DNA from: an uncultured delta proteobacterium
Lineage (GTDB): Bacteria > Myxococcota_A > Polyangia > Polyangiales > JAFGIB01
Assembly: GCA_963778655.1 (NCBI GenBank)
Contig: CAVZVA010000009.1
Coordinates: 928,001 to 992,000 of the forward strand
Length of the DNA stretch: 64,000 nt
Direction: 5' to 3'
The translations under genes and the position numbers were made by a program. The notes beneath the pieces are model-generated. The model worked only from the letters and a program-made list of their open reading frames with translations, had not been told where the DNA came from and did no database searches. This document shows, piece by piece, positions 9,902 through 20,007 of this stretch; within the stretch, counting starts at the first letter, position 1; every line of letters starts with the position of its first letter.

Positions 9902-10025
9902 CTGCCCGCCGCGCGGAGCCGGTGCCGCACGGGCGGCGTGCTTGACGGCCCGCGTCCAGCGTGGAAATGAGCGGGCGGGAGGGCCGCGTGACCCTGGCGG
10001 TCCCAAGAGCTTGGAGAGCAGGACG

Positions 10026-11144
10026 ATGAGAGTCGGGTTCATTGGCTGGCGCGGCATGGTCGGATCAGTGTTGATGCAGCGCATGCGCGAGCAGGGCGAC
10101 TTTGCCGGGCTCGAGCCCAGTTTCTTTTCGACCTCCGCGGCGGGCGGGGAGGGCCCCCGCATCGACGGCCGCAGCCACGCGCTGCTCGACGCCTATGACC
10201 TCGCTGCCTTGCACAAGCTGCCGGTGCTGGTGAGCTGTCAGGGCAGCGAGCACACCCAGGAGGTCTACCCGCGCCTGCGCGCCGAGGGCTGGGACGGGTA
10301 CTTCATCGATGCTGCCAGGGCGCTGCGCATGAACGACGACGCGGTGCTGGTCCTCGACCCGGTCAACCGCAAGGTGATCGACGCCGGGCTGGCGCGTGGG
10401 ATCAAGACGTTCTGCGGCCCCAACTGCACCGTCAGCCTGATGTTGATGGCGATCGACGGGCTGCTCAAGGCCGGGCTGGTCGAGTGGGTGAGCAGCATGA
10501 CCTACCAGGCCGCCTCCGGGGCCGGGGCGCAGACCATGCGCGAGCTGATCGCGCAGATGGCGATGGTCGGCGAGGCGGCGCGCCCGCTGCTGGAGGATCC
10601 CGCGATCGGGGCGCTCGAGATCGACGCGCGCGTGCTGCAGACCATCCGCAGCCCGGAGCTGCCGATCGAGCACTGCGGCGCGCCGCTGGCCGCGAGCCTG
10701 ATTCCGTGGATCGACAAGGCCGTCGAAGGCGGGCAGACGCTGGAGGAGTGGAAGGCGCACGCCGAGGGCAACAAGATCCTGGGCGCGTCGCCGGAGATCC
10801 CGTTCGACGGCGCGTGCGTGCGGGTCGGCGCGATGCGCTGTCACTCGCAGGGCCTGACCATCAAGCTCAAGCGCGACGTGCCGCTGCCGGACGTGACGGC
10901 ACAGCTGGCCGCGGGCAATCCCTGGGTCCGGGTGGTGCAAAACGAGCGCGCCGAGACGCTGCAGCAGCTCACCCCGGCGGCCGTGAGCGGCCGGCTCGAG
11001 GTGGCGATCGGCCGCATTCGCAAGCTGCGCATGGGGCCCGAGTACCTGACCGCGTTCACGGTGGGTGACCAGCTGTTGTGGGGTGCCGCGGAGCCTCTGC
11101 GGCGTATGCTCGGGATCCTGCGCGAGCACCTCGGCAGCGCTTGA
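10026..11144 (+). CDS. asd: Aspartate-semialdehyde dehydrogenase
   Basis: MRVGFIGWRGMVGSVL, catalytic NCTVS, YQAASGAG, RCHSQ and TVGDQLLWGAAEPLRR. Confidence 0.97.
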   Translation: MRVGFIGWRGMVGSVLMQRMREQGDFAGLEPSFFSTSAAGGEGPRIDGRSHALLDAYDLAALHKLPVLVSCQGSEHTQEVYPRLRAEGWDGYFIDAARALRMNDDAVLVLDPVNRKVIDAGLARGIKTFCGPNCTVSLMLMAIDGLLKAGLVEWVSSMTYQAASGAGAQTMRELIAQMAMVGEAARPLLEDPAIGALEIDARVLQTIRSPELPIEHCGAPLAASLIPWIDKAVEGGQTLEEWKAHAEGNKILGASPEIPFDGACVRVGAMRCHSQGLTIKLKRDVPLPDVTAQLAAGNPWVRVVQNERAETLQQLTPAAVSGRLEVAIGRIRKLRMGPEYLTAFTVGDQLLWGAAEPLRRMLGILREHLGSA

Positions 11145-11321
11145 GCCGAGGCCGGCCCGGGCCCGCGCGAGCCGATCAGGCGCGCTAATCGCACGAAACT
11201 ACTGGCTGATCCTTGCAAAGTCGGGCCCGGGTCCGTGCCGCTGCAAGGGAGCACGGGGAGCAGCCCAAGTCTTCCGGGGATACTGGACAAGTCTTCCGCA
11301 GCCTGGCTAGGATGTCCTCAT

Positions 11322-11726
11322 ATGGGGACACGAGACGACGGCGGGCGGTTGAAGTCGGGCTCAGATGCGCCGGGGGGATTCGAGGAGCGCGGCACGGACG
11401 CCGGAGCCCTGCCCTCGTATTGGCCCAAGCGCATGACCGAGGCGGTGCTGGCCGAGTCCGCCAGTCCCAGCTGGAGCAACGCCGCGGAGCCCGAGGAGCC
11501 GCTCTGGGAGCGTTGGTTCGAACGCGCGCTCGAGGAAGGGGTCGACGAGGAGCTGGCGAGCCTGGGCCGCAGGTTGATGCGGCAGGCCCGCCGGCAGCGC
11601 TGGGACCGCGAGCGCCGCGCCGAGTGCGGCTGGCTCGACCAGGGCGATGCCATGCTCGAGCTCGCCCTGCTCGACAGCGAGCGCGCGCGCGCCCGCTGGC
11701 AAGCCTTACTCGACGGCGAGCAGTGA
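11322..11726 (+). CDS. Hypothetical protein
   Basis: Fills the gap between asd and pcaF with plausible codon usage; no recognisable motif. Confidence 0.5.
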   Translation: MGTRDDGGRLKSGSDAPGGFEERGTDAGALPSYWPKRMTEAVLAESASPSWSNAAEPEEPLWERWFERALEEGVDEELASLGRRLMRQARRQRWDRERRAECGWLDQGDAMLELALLDSERARARWQALLDGEQ

Positions 11727-11727
11727 C

Positions 11728-12933
<1,206 letters not shown>

Positions 12934-13081
12934 GGTCTTCTCCGAAAAGGGCACCGGCCGCGCCGGCCCGGGGGCCCGACTTTCCAAGCTCTAGCACACG
13001 GGGGCCCCGGCGCGGAGGCCTGCGCGGCCTGACGGGCGGGCGGCTATGCCCTATCATGGGACGAACCAGATCGGCTGGCTC

Positions 13082-16000
13082 ATGAGCACCCTGCCGCGCA
13101 CCGTTCCGAGCCCCAGCACGATGTCGTTCGTCAGCGGCCGCTTCGAGATCAAGCGCCGGCTGGGCGAGGGCAGCATGGGGGCGGTCTACCTGGCCTTCGA
13201 CCGCGAGCGAGGCGCGGACGTGGCGCTCAAGACCTTGCGGCGCGTGGACGCGGTAGGCATCTACCGCTTCAAGCGCGAGTTCCGCGCGCTCTCCGATGTG
13301 ATCCACCCCAACCTGGTCGCGCTCTACGACCTGTTTCAGGAGGGCGACCTCTGGTACTTCACCATGGAGCACGTGCAGGGAGTCGACTTCCTGCGCTACG
13401 TGCACGGCGCTTCGCACAGTCAAGGCGCATGGCAAACGCCGCGCTCGACCCCGGAGGGCGCCGCCTTCGTGGCGCCGGTGCAGGGCGGCCCGCGCGAGCC
13501 GCAGACCCGCGGGCTCGAGCTGCTCTTTCCTTCACCGCTGCAAGACGAGGACCGGCTGCGAGAGGTGCTGATCCAGATCGCGCGCGGCCTGCTCGCGATC
13601 CACGCCGCAGGCAAGCTCCACCGCGACCTCAAGTCCGACAACGTGATCGTCAGCAGCGATGGACGCGCCAAGGTGCTCGACTTCGGCATCGTGATCGATC
13701 GCGCGCCTGGGCCGCACGGCACGCTCGAGCTCGGGGTGATGGGCACGCCGGCGTACATGTCGCCCGAGCAGGCCGCGGGGCGGCCCGTCGACGAGTCGAC
13801 CGACTGGTACGCGTTCGGGGTGATGTTGTACGAGGCGCTCACCGGCAACGTGCCCTTCGACGGCAGCTACCTCGACGTGATGAGCCAGAAGCAGCACATC
13901 GATCCCACGCCGCCGTCGCAGGTGGTGAGCTCGGTGCCGCACGACCTCGACGACTTGTGCCTGCGGCTGCTGCTGCGTGACCCCAGCGCGCGCCCGCAGG
14001 GGCTTGCGGTGCTGCGAGCGCTCGAGCACCGGCGTCCGCCGTCCCTGCGGCCGCCGGCGGCCGCGGTCCCCTCCAGCTCGAGCGTGCCGGCCGAGCCCGA
14101 CGCGCCGTTCGTGGGTCGTGCCGACGAGCTGGTCGCGCTGCGACGTCATCTCGGCGAGACCGATCGCGGCCGGCCCGTGGTCACGTTGGTGCAAGGGCCG
14201 TCGGGCATCGGCAAGACCACGCTGGTCGAGCGCTTCATCGCCGAGGTGCGGGCGGACCGCGACGCGGTCGTGCTCAAGGGCCGCTGCTACGAGCGCGAGG
14301 CGGTGCCGTTCAAGGCGTTCGACAGTCTGATCGACGCGCTGAGCCGGCACTTGCGGCGGCTGCCGGGCGTGGAGGCGGCTGAGATCCTGCCGCGCGACAT
14401 CCTGGCCTTGGCGCACCTGTTTCCGGTGCTCAAGCGCGTGGACGTGGTGGCTGCCGCGCGCCGCCGCGCGGGCTTGCCGCTGGATCGGCAGGAGATTCGG
14501 CGCCGCGCCTTTTCGGCGCTCAAGGAGCTGCTCTGCCGGCTGGCGGATCGCGCGCCGCTGCTGCTGTTCATCGACGACCTGCAGTGGGGCGACATGGACA
14601 GCGCACAGCTGATTAGCGAGCTGATCGCGGGCGCCGACGCGCCGGCGATGCTGCTGCTGCTGGCGCACCGCAGCAGCGAGACCACCGAGAGCCCGTGCCT
14701 GCAGGCGCTGTCCGAGCACGTCCGCGACAGCGAGGAGCTGGAGGTCCACGATCTCCAGCTGCGGCCGCTCAGCGAGCAGGAGAGTGTCGAGCTCGCCCGG
14801 CAGCTTTTGGGACCGGCCGTCGCCGGCGCCGCCAGCGGGGTCGGGCTGGAATCGCGCGGCAGCCCGCACCTGCTCACCGAGCTGGCGCGCCACGTGCTGC
14901 TGCGGCGCAGCGCCGGCACCGCCTCGCCCGACACCCAGCGCGGGCTGGTCACCTTCGAGCGCGCGTTGATGAAGCGCGTCGCAGAGCTCAGCCCGGGGGC
15001 GCGCACCTTGCTCGAGCTGCTGTCGGTCGCGGGCCGGCCGGTGCTCGAGGAGAGCCTGCAGCTGGTCTCGAGCTTCGACATCGACCTGCAGCAGGCGGTG
15101 ACCGAGCTGCGCGGGGCGAAGCTGGTGCGCGGAGTCGGCACCCACGCACAGCGCGCGATCGAGACCTACCACGACCGCATTCGCGAGGCCGTGGTGGCCG
15201 CGCTCGAGCCCGTGCAGCTCGAGCTATGGCACAAGCGCCTGGCCAGCACGCTGGAGGCGACCGGCTCGGGCGACCTCGAGGCGATCGTCGAGCACCTGCT
15301 CGGCGGCGGTGACAGCAAGCGCGCGCAGATCTACGCCATCCGCGCGGCCACCCAGGCGGCCGAGGCTCTCGCGTTCGAGAAGGCGGCGCGATTGTTCGCG
15401 ATTGCGGTCGAAAACCAGGACGATCAGGGCTGGAGCCACGAGCTGCTGGTGCGTTGGGCCGATTCGCTGGTCAACGCCGGCCACGCGCGGCGCGCCGCAG
15501 CGGTGTATTTCGACGCGGCCCATTCGGCGCCGGAGCCCGAGGCCAAGGTGTTGCGGCGCAAGGCCGGGCTGCAGCTGCTGGCCAGCGGCCACGAGGAAGA
15601 GGCGCTCGAGCTGCTCGGCGGCACGCTGCAGCAGCTGGGCGTGGACATTCCCGCAAGCGCGGAGGCAGGCGCGGCCCAGCTCTTGGTGCTGCGGGCGCGG
15701 ATCGGCGAGCGCGGCTTCGGGCTCGGCGCCGCGCGCGCGGAGCGCTCCGCGGCCGATCTCGAGCGGGTCGACATGCTGTGGACGCTCACCCTCAGCATGA
15801 CGCAGACCGATCCGGATCGTGCCCTGCAGCTGGTCGCGCGCCACCTGCTCGAGGCGCTGGAGCTCGGCGACCCGGCGCGCGCGGTGCGCGCCCTGTGCCT
15901 GTATCACAACGCGATCGACGCGCCGCTGAGCGCGCTCGAGGGGCGTGCGCCGCAGGGCGCGCTCGCGGCTGCCGAGGCGCTCGAGCGGAGTCTCGGCCTG

Positions 16001-16903
16001 CCCGATGCCCAAGCACGGGTGCAGCTCGCTCACGGTTTGGAGGTGATGCGCAGCGGGCAGCTCAAACCGGCGCTGCGCGCGCTGGTGCGCGCCGAGGAGC
16101 TGCTGCGGACCCGCTGCCCGGGGAGCGGCGCGGACATGCGCATGTGCCGCGTGGCCATGGCCTATCTGTTCGTCGCGTTCAACCAGCTCGAGCGCGTGGC
16201 CGCGATTGCCCAGTGGGCGGAGGAGGCCGAGGAGCACGAGGACCTGCTCGCCTTGACCCGGCTGCGCGTGCTGCAGACCTTCGGCTCGCTGGTCGCAGGC
16301 GACCCGGAGCGGGCCGCGCGTGAGCTATCCCGCGCCGCCGCGCGCTGGGGCCGCGAGCGGCGGGACCTCACCAGCATGCTGCACGCAATGGCGCGCGGTA
16401 ATCTGGTGCTGTACCGCGGCGACGCAGCCGGGTGTCGCTCGTTGCTGGGCGACTACGAGTGGTTCTTTCGTTCCACGCTCGGGGCGATGGCGCTGCTGCG
16501 CGGCAAGGCCCTGCTGCTGCGCGCTCGGCTCGCCCTCAGCGCGAGCTTGCAAGGCGACGACACCGACGCGCAGCTGCAGCGCGCGGAGGAGGACGCGCGC
16601 GCGGCTGCGGCGCTCGGGCTGGCCTGCTTCGAGCATTCGATCCGGCTGGTGCGCGCCGGCGTGGCGGCGCGGCGCGGGGATGCCGATACCGCGCTGACCA
16701 TGCTCTCAGCCGTGCTGGCCGATCGCGGCGAGCACCCCGATGCGGCTTTGACCGTGGCCGCGGCCGGGCGACGCATGGGCGAGCTGCAGGGCGGCGGGGA
16801 GGGCCGCCTGCGCATCGAGAACGCCGACGATACGCTGCGCGCCCACGGGATCGAGGACCCGGAGGCGTTCTTCCGCCTGCTCGCGCCGGGCTTTTCCGGC
16901 TAG
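13082..16903 (+). CDS. Ser/Thr kinase + AAA16/STAND-like ATPase + TPR-like helical domain
   Basis: GEGSMGAVY, HRDLKSDN, DFG and GTPAYMSPEQ; Walker A GPSGIGKT; Walker B FIDDLQWGD. Confidence 0.9.
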   Translation: MSTLPRTVPSPSTMSFVSGRFEIKRRLGEGSMGAVYLAFDRERGADVALKTLRRVDAVGIYRFKREFRALSDVIHPNLVALYDLFQEGDLWYFTMEHVQGVDFLRYVHGASHSQGAWQTPRSTPEGAAFVAPVQGGPREPQTRGLELLFPSPLQDEDRLREVLIQIARGLLAIHAAGKLHRDLKSDNVIVSSDGRAKVLDFGIVIDRAPGPHGTLELGVMGTPAYMSPEQAAGRPVDESTDWYAFGVMLYEALTGNVPFDGSYLDVMSQKQHIDPTPPSQVVSSVPHDLDDLCLRLLLRDPSARPQGLAVLRALEHRRPPSLRPPAAAVPSSSSVPAEPDAPFVGRADELVALRRHLGETDRGRPVVTLVQGPSGIGKTTLVERFIAEVRADRDAVVLKGRCYEREAVPFKAFDSLIDALSRHLRRLPGVEAAEILPRDILALAHLFPVLKRVDVVAAARRRAGLPLDRQEIRRRAFSALKELLCRLADRAPLLLFIDDLQWGDMDSAQLISELIAGADAPAMLLLLAHRSSETTESPCLQALSEHVRDSEELEVHDLQLRPLSEQESVELARQLLGPAVAGAASGVGLESRGSPHLLTELARHVLLRRSAGTASPDTQRGLVTFERALMKRVAELSPGARTLLELLSVAGRPVLEESLQLVSSFDIDLQQAVTELRGAKLVRGVGTHAQRAIETYHDRIREAVVAALEPVQLELWHKRLASTLEATGSGDLEAIVEHLLGGGDSKRAQIYAIRAATQAAEALAFEKAARLFAIAVENQDDQGWSHELLVRWADSLVNAGHARRAAAVYFDAAHSAPEPEAKVLRRKAGLQLLASGHEEEALELLGGTLQQLGVDIPASAEAGAAQLLVLRARIGERGFGLGAARAERSAADLERVDMLWTLTLSMTQTDPDRALQLVARHLLEALELGDPARAVRALCLYHNAIDAPLSALEGRAPQGALAAAEALERSLGLPDAQARVQLAHGLEVMRSGQLKPALRALVRAEELLRTRCPGSGADMRMCRVAMAYLFVAFNQLERVAAIAQWAEEAEEHEDLLALTRLRVLQTFGSLVAGDPERAARELSRAAARWGRERRDLTSMLHAMARGNLVLYRGDAAGCRSLLGDYEWFFRSTLGAMALLRGKALLLRARLALSASLQGDDTDAQLQRAEEDARAAAALGLACFEHSIRLVRAGVAARRGDADTALTMLSAVLADRGEHPDAALTVAAAGRRMGELQGGGEGRLRIENADDTLRAHGIEDPEAFFRLLAPGFSG

Positions 16904-16968
16904 CGACCTCCCTCCCGCGGTCTCACATGAGTCATGGACCGCCGCGCCGCCCGGCTGCGTCCATCTCA

Positions 16969-17050
16969 GGGCACGCGCACGACTGCGACTATGACTACGA
17001 CCAAGCACGAGTTCGAGGACGAGTACGAGGACGACTCTGGGACGAGGACG
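16969..17050. repeat. Degenerate hexamer (GA[CG]NAC-like) low-complexity tract between convergent genes
   Basis: ...cacgactgcgactatgactacgac...gagttcgaggacgagtacgaggacgac... Confidence 0.6.
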
Positions 17051-17079
17051 TCGGTCAGAGCATCGCTGGCGGCTCGGGC

Positions 17080-18054
17080 TCAGCGTGGGGCACGGCGCGG
17101 ACCATGGATCTGGGCGCGCAGGCTTTCGGCCAGCTCCAGCATGGGTAGGCCGGGGTCGTCGGCCAGATCAGGGTCGAGCTCGGCGATCCGGCCCTGGCCG
17201 TGACACGGGCGCAGCTGCGAAAGCCCGGGCGCGTTGCAGATCGACTGCGCCATGCCGCGCCGCGTGACCAGCACGTCAGGATCCAGGCTCAATACCTGTT
17301 CGGCGTCGAGCGCAGGCCAGCCGTGGTAGCGCTCGGCCGCGTCGATGAGACCCGCGTAGTGCAACACGTCATGGTAGCTGGTACCGCGCGCGCCGCCGAA
17401 CAGTTGCTTGCCGTAGAGCGCGAGGTAGAGCCCGCGCGGTCGGGCCGCGCGCGGCACGTCGCTTGCGACCGCCTTCAGCCGCTGTACGAAGTGGGTAGCC
17501 AGCGCGGCAGCGCGCTGCGGCTCGCCGACCAGCACGCCGATCACGCCGATGGTGGGCAGCAGGGTGTCGAGGCCACCCATCTCGCCCAGGTCGAACACCA
17601 CCACGCCCTGCGCGCGCAGGCGGGCCGCGTAGCGAGGGTCGCCGAAGTGGTTGATGAGCAGCAGGTCGGGGTGCAGGCTGAGGATCGGCTCGAGGTCGGC
17701 GGGCGAGTCGATGCCGGCGCGGCCGCGGTAGCGGTAGCCGAGCAGCGGGTTGTCCTTGCTGTAGCGCGACACCGCGACGATACGCTCGGGCGCGCACAGC
17801 TCCCACAGCACCGAATCGGCAACCAGGCTCGCCGATGCGATGCGCCGATAGCGGCGAAGCGGTGCGATCGCGCTGGAGGCGTCGCGAATGCCGCGGCCGC
17901 CGCCCGGCAGCACGACCTCCGCGACCTTTGCCGCGCGCGGCTCGATCTGCTCGACCCGCACCTGGGGCTCGCGGCGGGCGCCCGCGGCGCCGAGCAAGCT
18001 CGCGGAGAGCGCCAGCAGCACGGCCACACCGTTGTGCAGGTCGACGCGGGTCAT
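17080..18054 (-). CDS. ABC transporter substrate-binding protein (BtuF/HmuT-like, cobalamin/Fe-complex)
   Basis: RRIASASLVADSVLWEL, LEPILSLHPDLLL and EQVLSLDPDVLV; translationally coupled to the ATPase. Start is ATG 18054. Confidence 0.85.
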   Translation of the reverse strand: MTRVDLHNGVAVLLALSASLLGAAGARREPQVRVEQIEPRAAKVAEVVLPGGGRGIRDASSAIAPLRRYRRIASASLVADSVLWELCAPERIVAVSRYSKDNPLLGYRYRGRAGIDSPADLEPILSLHPDLLLINHFGDPRYAARLRAQGVVVFDLGEMGGLDTLLPTIGVIGVLVGEPQRAAALATHFVQRLKAVASDVPRAARPRGLYLALYGKQLFGGARGTSYHDVLHYAGLIDAAERYHGWPALDAEQVLSLDPDVLVTRRGMAQSICNAPGLSQLRPCHGQGRIAELDPDLADDPGLPMLELAESLRAQIHGPRRAPR

Positions 18055-18830
18055 GGTTTGTGCGCGCCCCCGACCAGCCGAAACCCGAGCGCGCCGCCCG
18101 CGATCGGCTCCACACCGTACACGCGCCGCACGTTGTCCGCGGTGAGCACGGCGCTGCTGGCGTCCAGCGCCACGCTGTGGCCGTGGTCCAGCAGCAGCGC
18201 GCGGTCGGTGAAGTGCAGCGCGTCGTCGAGCTGGTGCAGAACCGCCACCACGCAGTGGCCGTCCTTGGCAAGCGCGCGCAGTGTGGCGAACAGCGACAGC
18301 GCGTGCGAGACGTCGAGCGCCGCGGTGGGCTCGTCGAGCAGCAGCACGCGCGCCTCGGTGGCCAGCGCGCGCGCCAGCAGCACGCGGCGCTGCTCGCCGG
18401 CCGAGAGCTCCGGTAGCATGCGGCTCGCCAGGTGCGTCACGTCCGCGCGTTCCATCGCGGCCTCGATCGCGAGCCGGTCGCGCGCGGACAGGCCGGCGAG
18501 CGCGCCCCTGTGCGCGTAGCGGCCGTGGCCGACCACGGCGTAGACCGAGAGCCGGGAGGTGAGCTGCGAGCGCTGCGGGACCAGCGAAAGGCGCCGGCCC
18601 AGCTCGCGCCGGGTTAGCCGCGCGCCGTCGACGCCCGACAGCTCGATGCAGCCGCCGTGCTCGATCAGCCCGGCGCACGCGCGCAGCAGCGTGCTCTTGC
18701 CCGCGCCGTTGGGACCGAGCACGGCCAGCAGCGAGCCGAAGTCGGCGTCGAACGACACGTCGTGCAGCACCGGCGCGCGGCCGAGCGCGACGCTGACGCC
18801 GCGGGCGCGCAGCGCGGGCGGCTCAGCCAT
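18051..18830 (-). CDS. ABC transporter ATP-binding protein (BtuD/FecE-like)
   Basis: Walker A GPNGAGKST, signature LSAGEQRR, LLLDEPT and H-loop VLHQ. Confidence 0.92.
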   Translation of the reverse strand: MAEPPALRARGVSVALGRAPVLHDVSFDADFGSLLAVLGPNGAGKSTLLRACAGLIEHGGCIELSGVDGARLTRRELGRRLSLVPQRSQLTSRLSVYAVVGHGRYAHRGALAGLSARDRLAIEAAMERADVTHLASRMLPELSAGEQRRVLLARALATEARVLLLDEPTAALDVSHALSLFATLRALAKDGHCVVAVLHQLDDALHFTDRALLLDHGHSVALDASSAVLTADNVRRVYGVEPIAGGALGFRLVGGAHKP

Positions 18831-19908
18831 AGCCACCCCGGCGCCAGGTGCGCAGCAGCAGCACGAGGAAGAGCGGCGCGCCGAACAGGCCGGTGATCAC
18901 GCCCAGCGGCAGCTCGGTTTGCGAGGGCACTACGCGCGCGAGCGCGTCGCAGCCGATCACGAATGCGCCGCCGCCGAGCGCCGCGGCGGGCACCAGCCGC
19001 CGGTGCTCCGCGCCGAGCACGCTGCGCAGGCCGTGGGGCACGATCAGTCCCACGAAGCCGATGTTGCCGCCGAGCGAGACCGCCGCTCCTGTCAAGGTCG
19101 CGCTCCACACCACGATCCAGCGCCGTACCGCCGCGACGTCGACGCCGAGCGAGGCCGATTCGTCCTCGCCGCTGAGCAGCAGGTCGAGCGGGCGGCCCCA
19201 CAGCCAGGCAGCGATCACGCCCGGCAGCACCAGCGGCCAGGCCATCGCCACCTGCGCGCCGGAGGTGCCCGAGAGCCCGCCCAGCACGAACGCCACCATC
19301 GCGCGCGCAAGGTCCCACTTCTCCTGCGCCAGGCTCATGATGAAGTTGCCGAGGCCCAGGAACAGCGACGACAGGATGAAGCCGGTGAGCAGCAGCAACA
19401 CGAGGTCGCCGTGCTGGCGCGCGATCACCAGCAGGATCCCGAGCGCGAGCAAGGCGCCGAGCAGGCAGCCCACGGGCAGGAAGAGCTGCGCGGGTAGGAC
19501 CGCGCCGAGCGCACCCGCAGGCAGCGCCTGATACAGCATCATCGTGGCCTGGCCGCCGAAGCTCGCGCCCGCGGTGGCGCCGAGCAGCGAGGGGTCGGCC
19601 AGCGGATTGCGGAACAGGCCCTGCACCACCACGCCCGCCACGGCCAGCGCGGCCCCGGTCAGGAAGGCCGCCAGCAGGCGGTAGCCGCGCAACTGCAGTA
19701 GCGTGTCGCGCAGCCGCGGGTCGTGCAGGTCGCCGTGGCCGGCCAGCAAGCCCGCAACGCACGCGGCTGCGAGCGCGAACAGCAACGCCGCGTATACGCG
19801 CGCGGTGCGCGAGCTCTGCGCTGGCGCCAGAGCCGCAGCCTCCGAGCCCGCGCTGGCCGTGCCTTCCAAGATGGGCCGCAAAATGGTGCGAGCCTGCAAG
19901 CCTGTCAA
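18823..19908 (-). CDS. FecCD/BtuC-family ABC permease
   Basis: QGLFRNPLADPSLLG, GEDESASLGV, IGFVGLIVPH and ELPLGVITGLFGAPLF. Start is uncertain. Confidence 0.92.
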   Translation of the reverse strand: MTGLQARTILRPILEGTASAGSEAAALAPAQSSRTARVYAALLFALAAACVAGLLAGHGDLHDPRLRDTLLQLRGYRLLAAFLTGAALAVAGVVVQGLFRNPLADPSLLGATAGASFGGQATMMLYQALPAGALGAVLPAQLFLPVGCLLGALLALGILLVIARQHGDLVLLLLTGFILSSLFLGLGNFIMSLAQEKWDLARAMVAFVLGGLSGTSGAQVAMAWPLVLPGVIAAWLWGRPLDLLLSGEDESASLGVDVAAVRRWIVVWSATLTGAAVSLGGNIGFVGLIVPHGLRSVLGAEHRRLVPAAALGGGAFVIGCDALARVVPSQTELPLGVITGLFGAPLFLVLLLRTWRRGGYG

Positions 19909-19930
19909 GCGGCCGCAGCCCGCGCGGGCA

Positions 19931-19979
19931 GCAGGCCACGGCGCCGCAGCCCGCGCACGGGCGGGGCGCCGTGGCCTGC
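19931..19979. terminator. GC-rich stem-loop (15 bp perfect arms) just downstream of the DUF2330 gene
   Basis: GCAGGCCACGGCGCC (19931-19945) and GGCGCCGTGGCCTGC (19965-19979). There is no U-tract, so terminator versus RNA-stability hairpin is unresolved. Confidence 0.5.
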
Positions 19980-20007
19980 GCCCTCGCAGGCCGTCAGAAC
20001 CAGTGCG

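Noticed and set aside
11203..11217. TGGCTGATCCTTGCA as a sigma-54 promoter
   Set aside because: GG-to-GC spacing is 9 nt rather than the required 10.
16934..17203. 89 aa ORF containing HEFEDEYEDD
   Set aside because: It derives from the hexamer tract and overlaps the BtuF-like gene antisense; no other coding support.
19909..20007. Cobalamin riboswitch ahead of the Btu-like operon
   Set aside because: The region is too short and shows no recognisable B12-box; only a GC hairpin is present.
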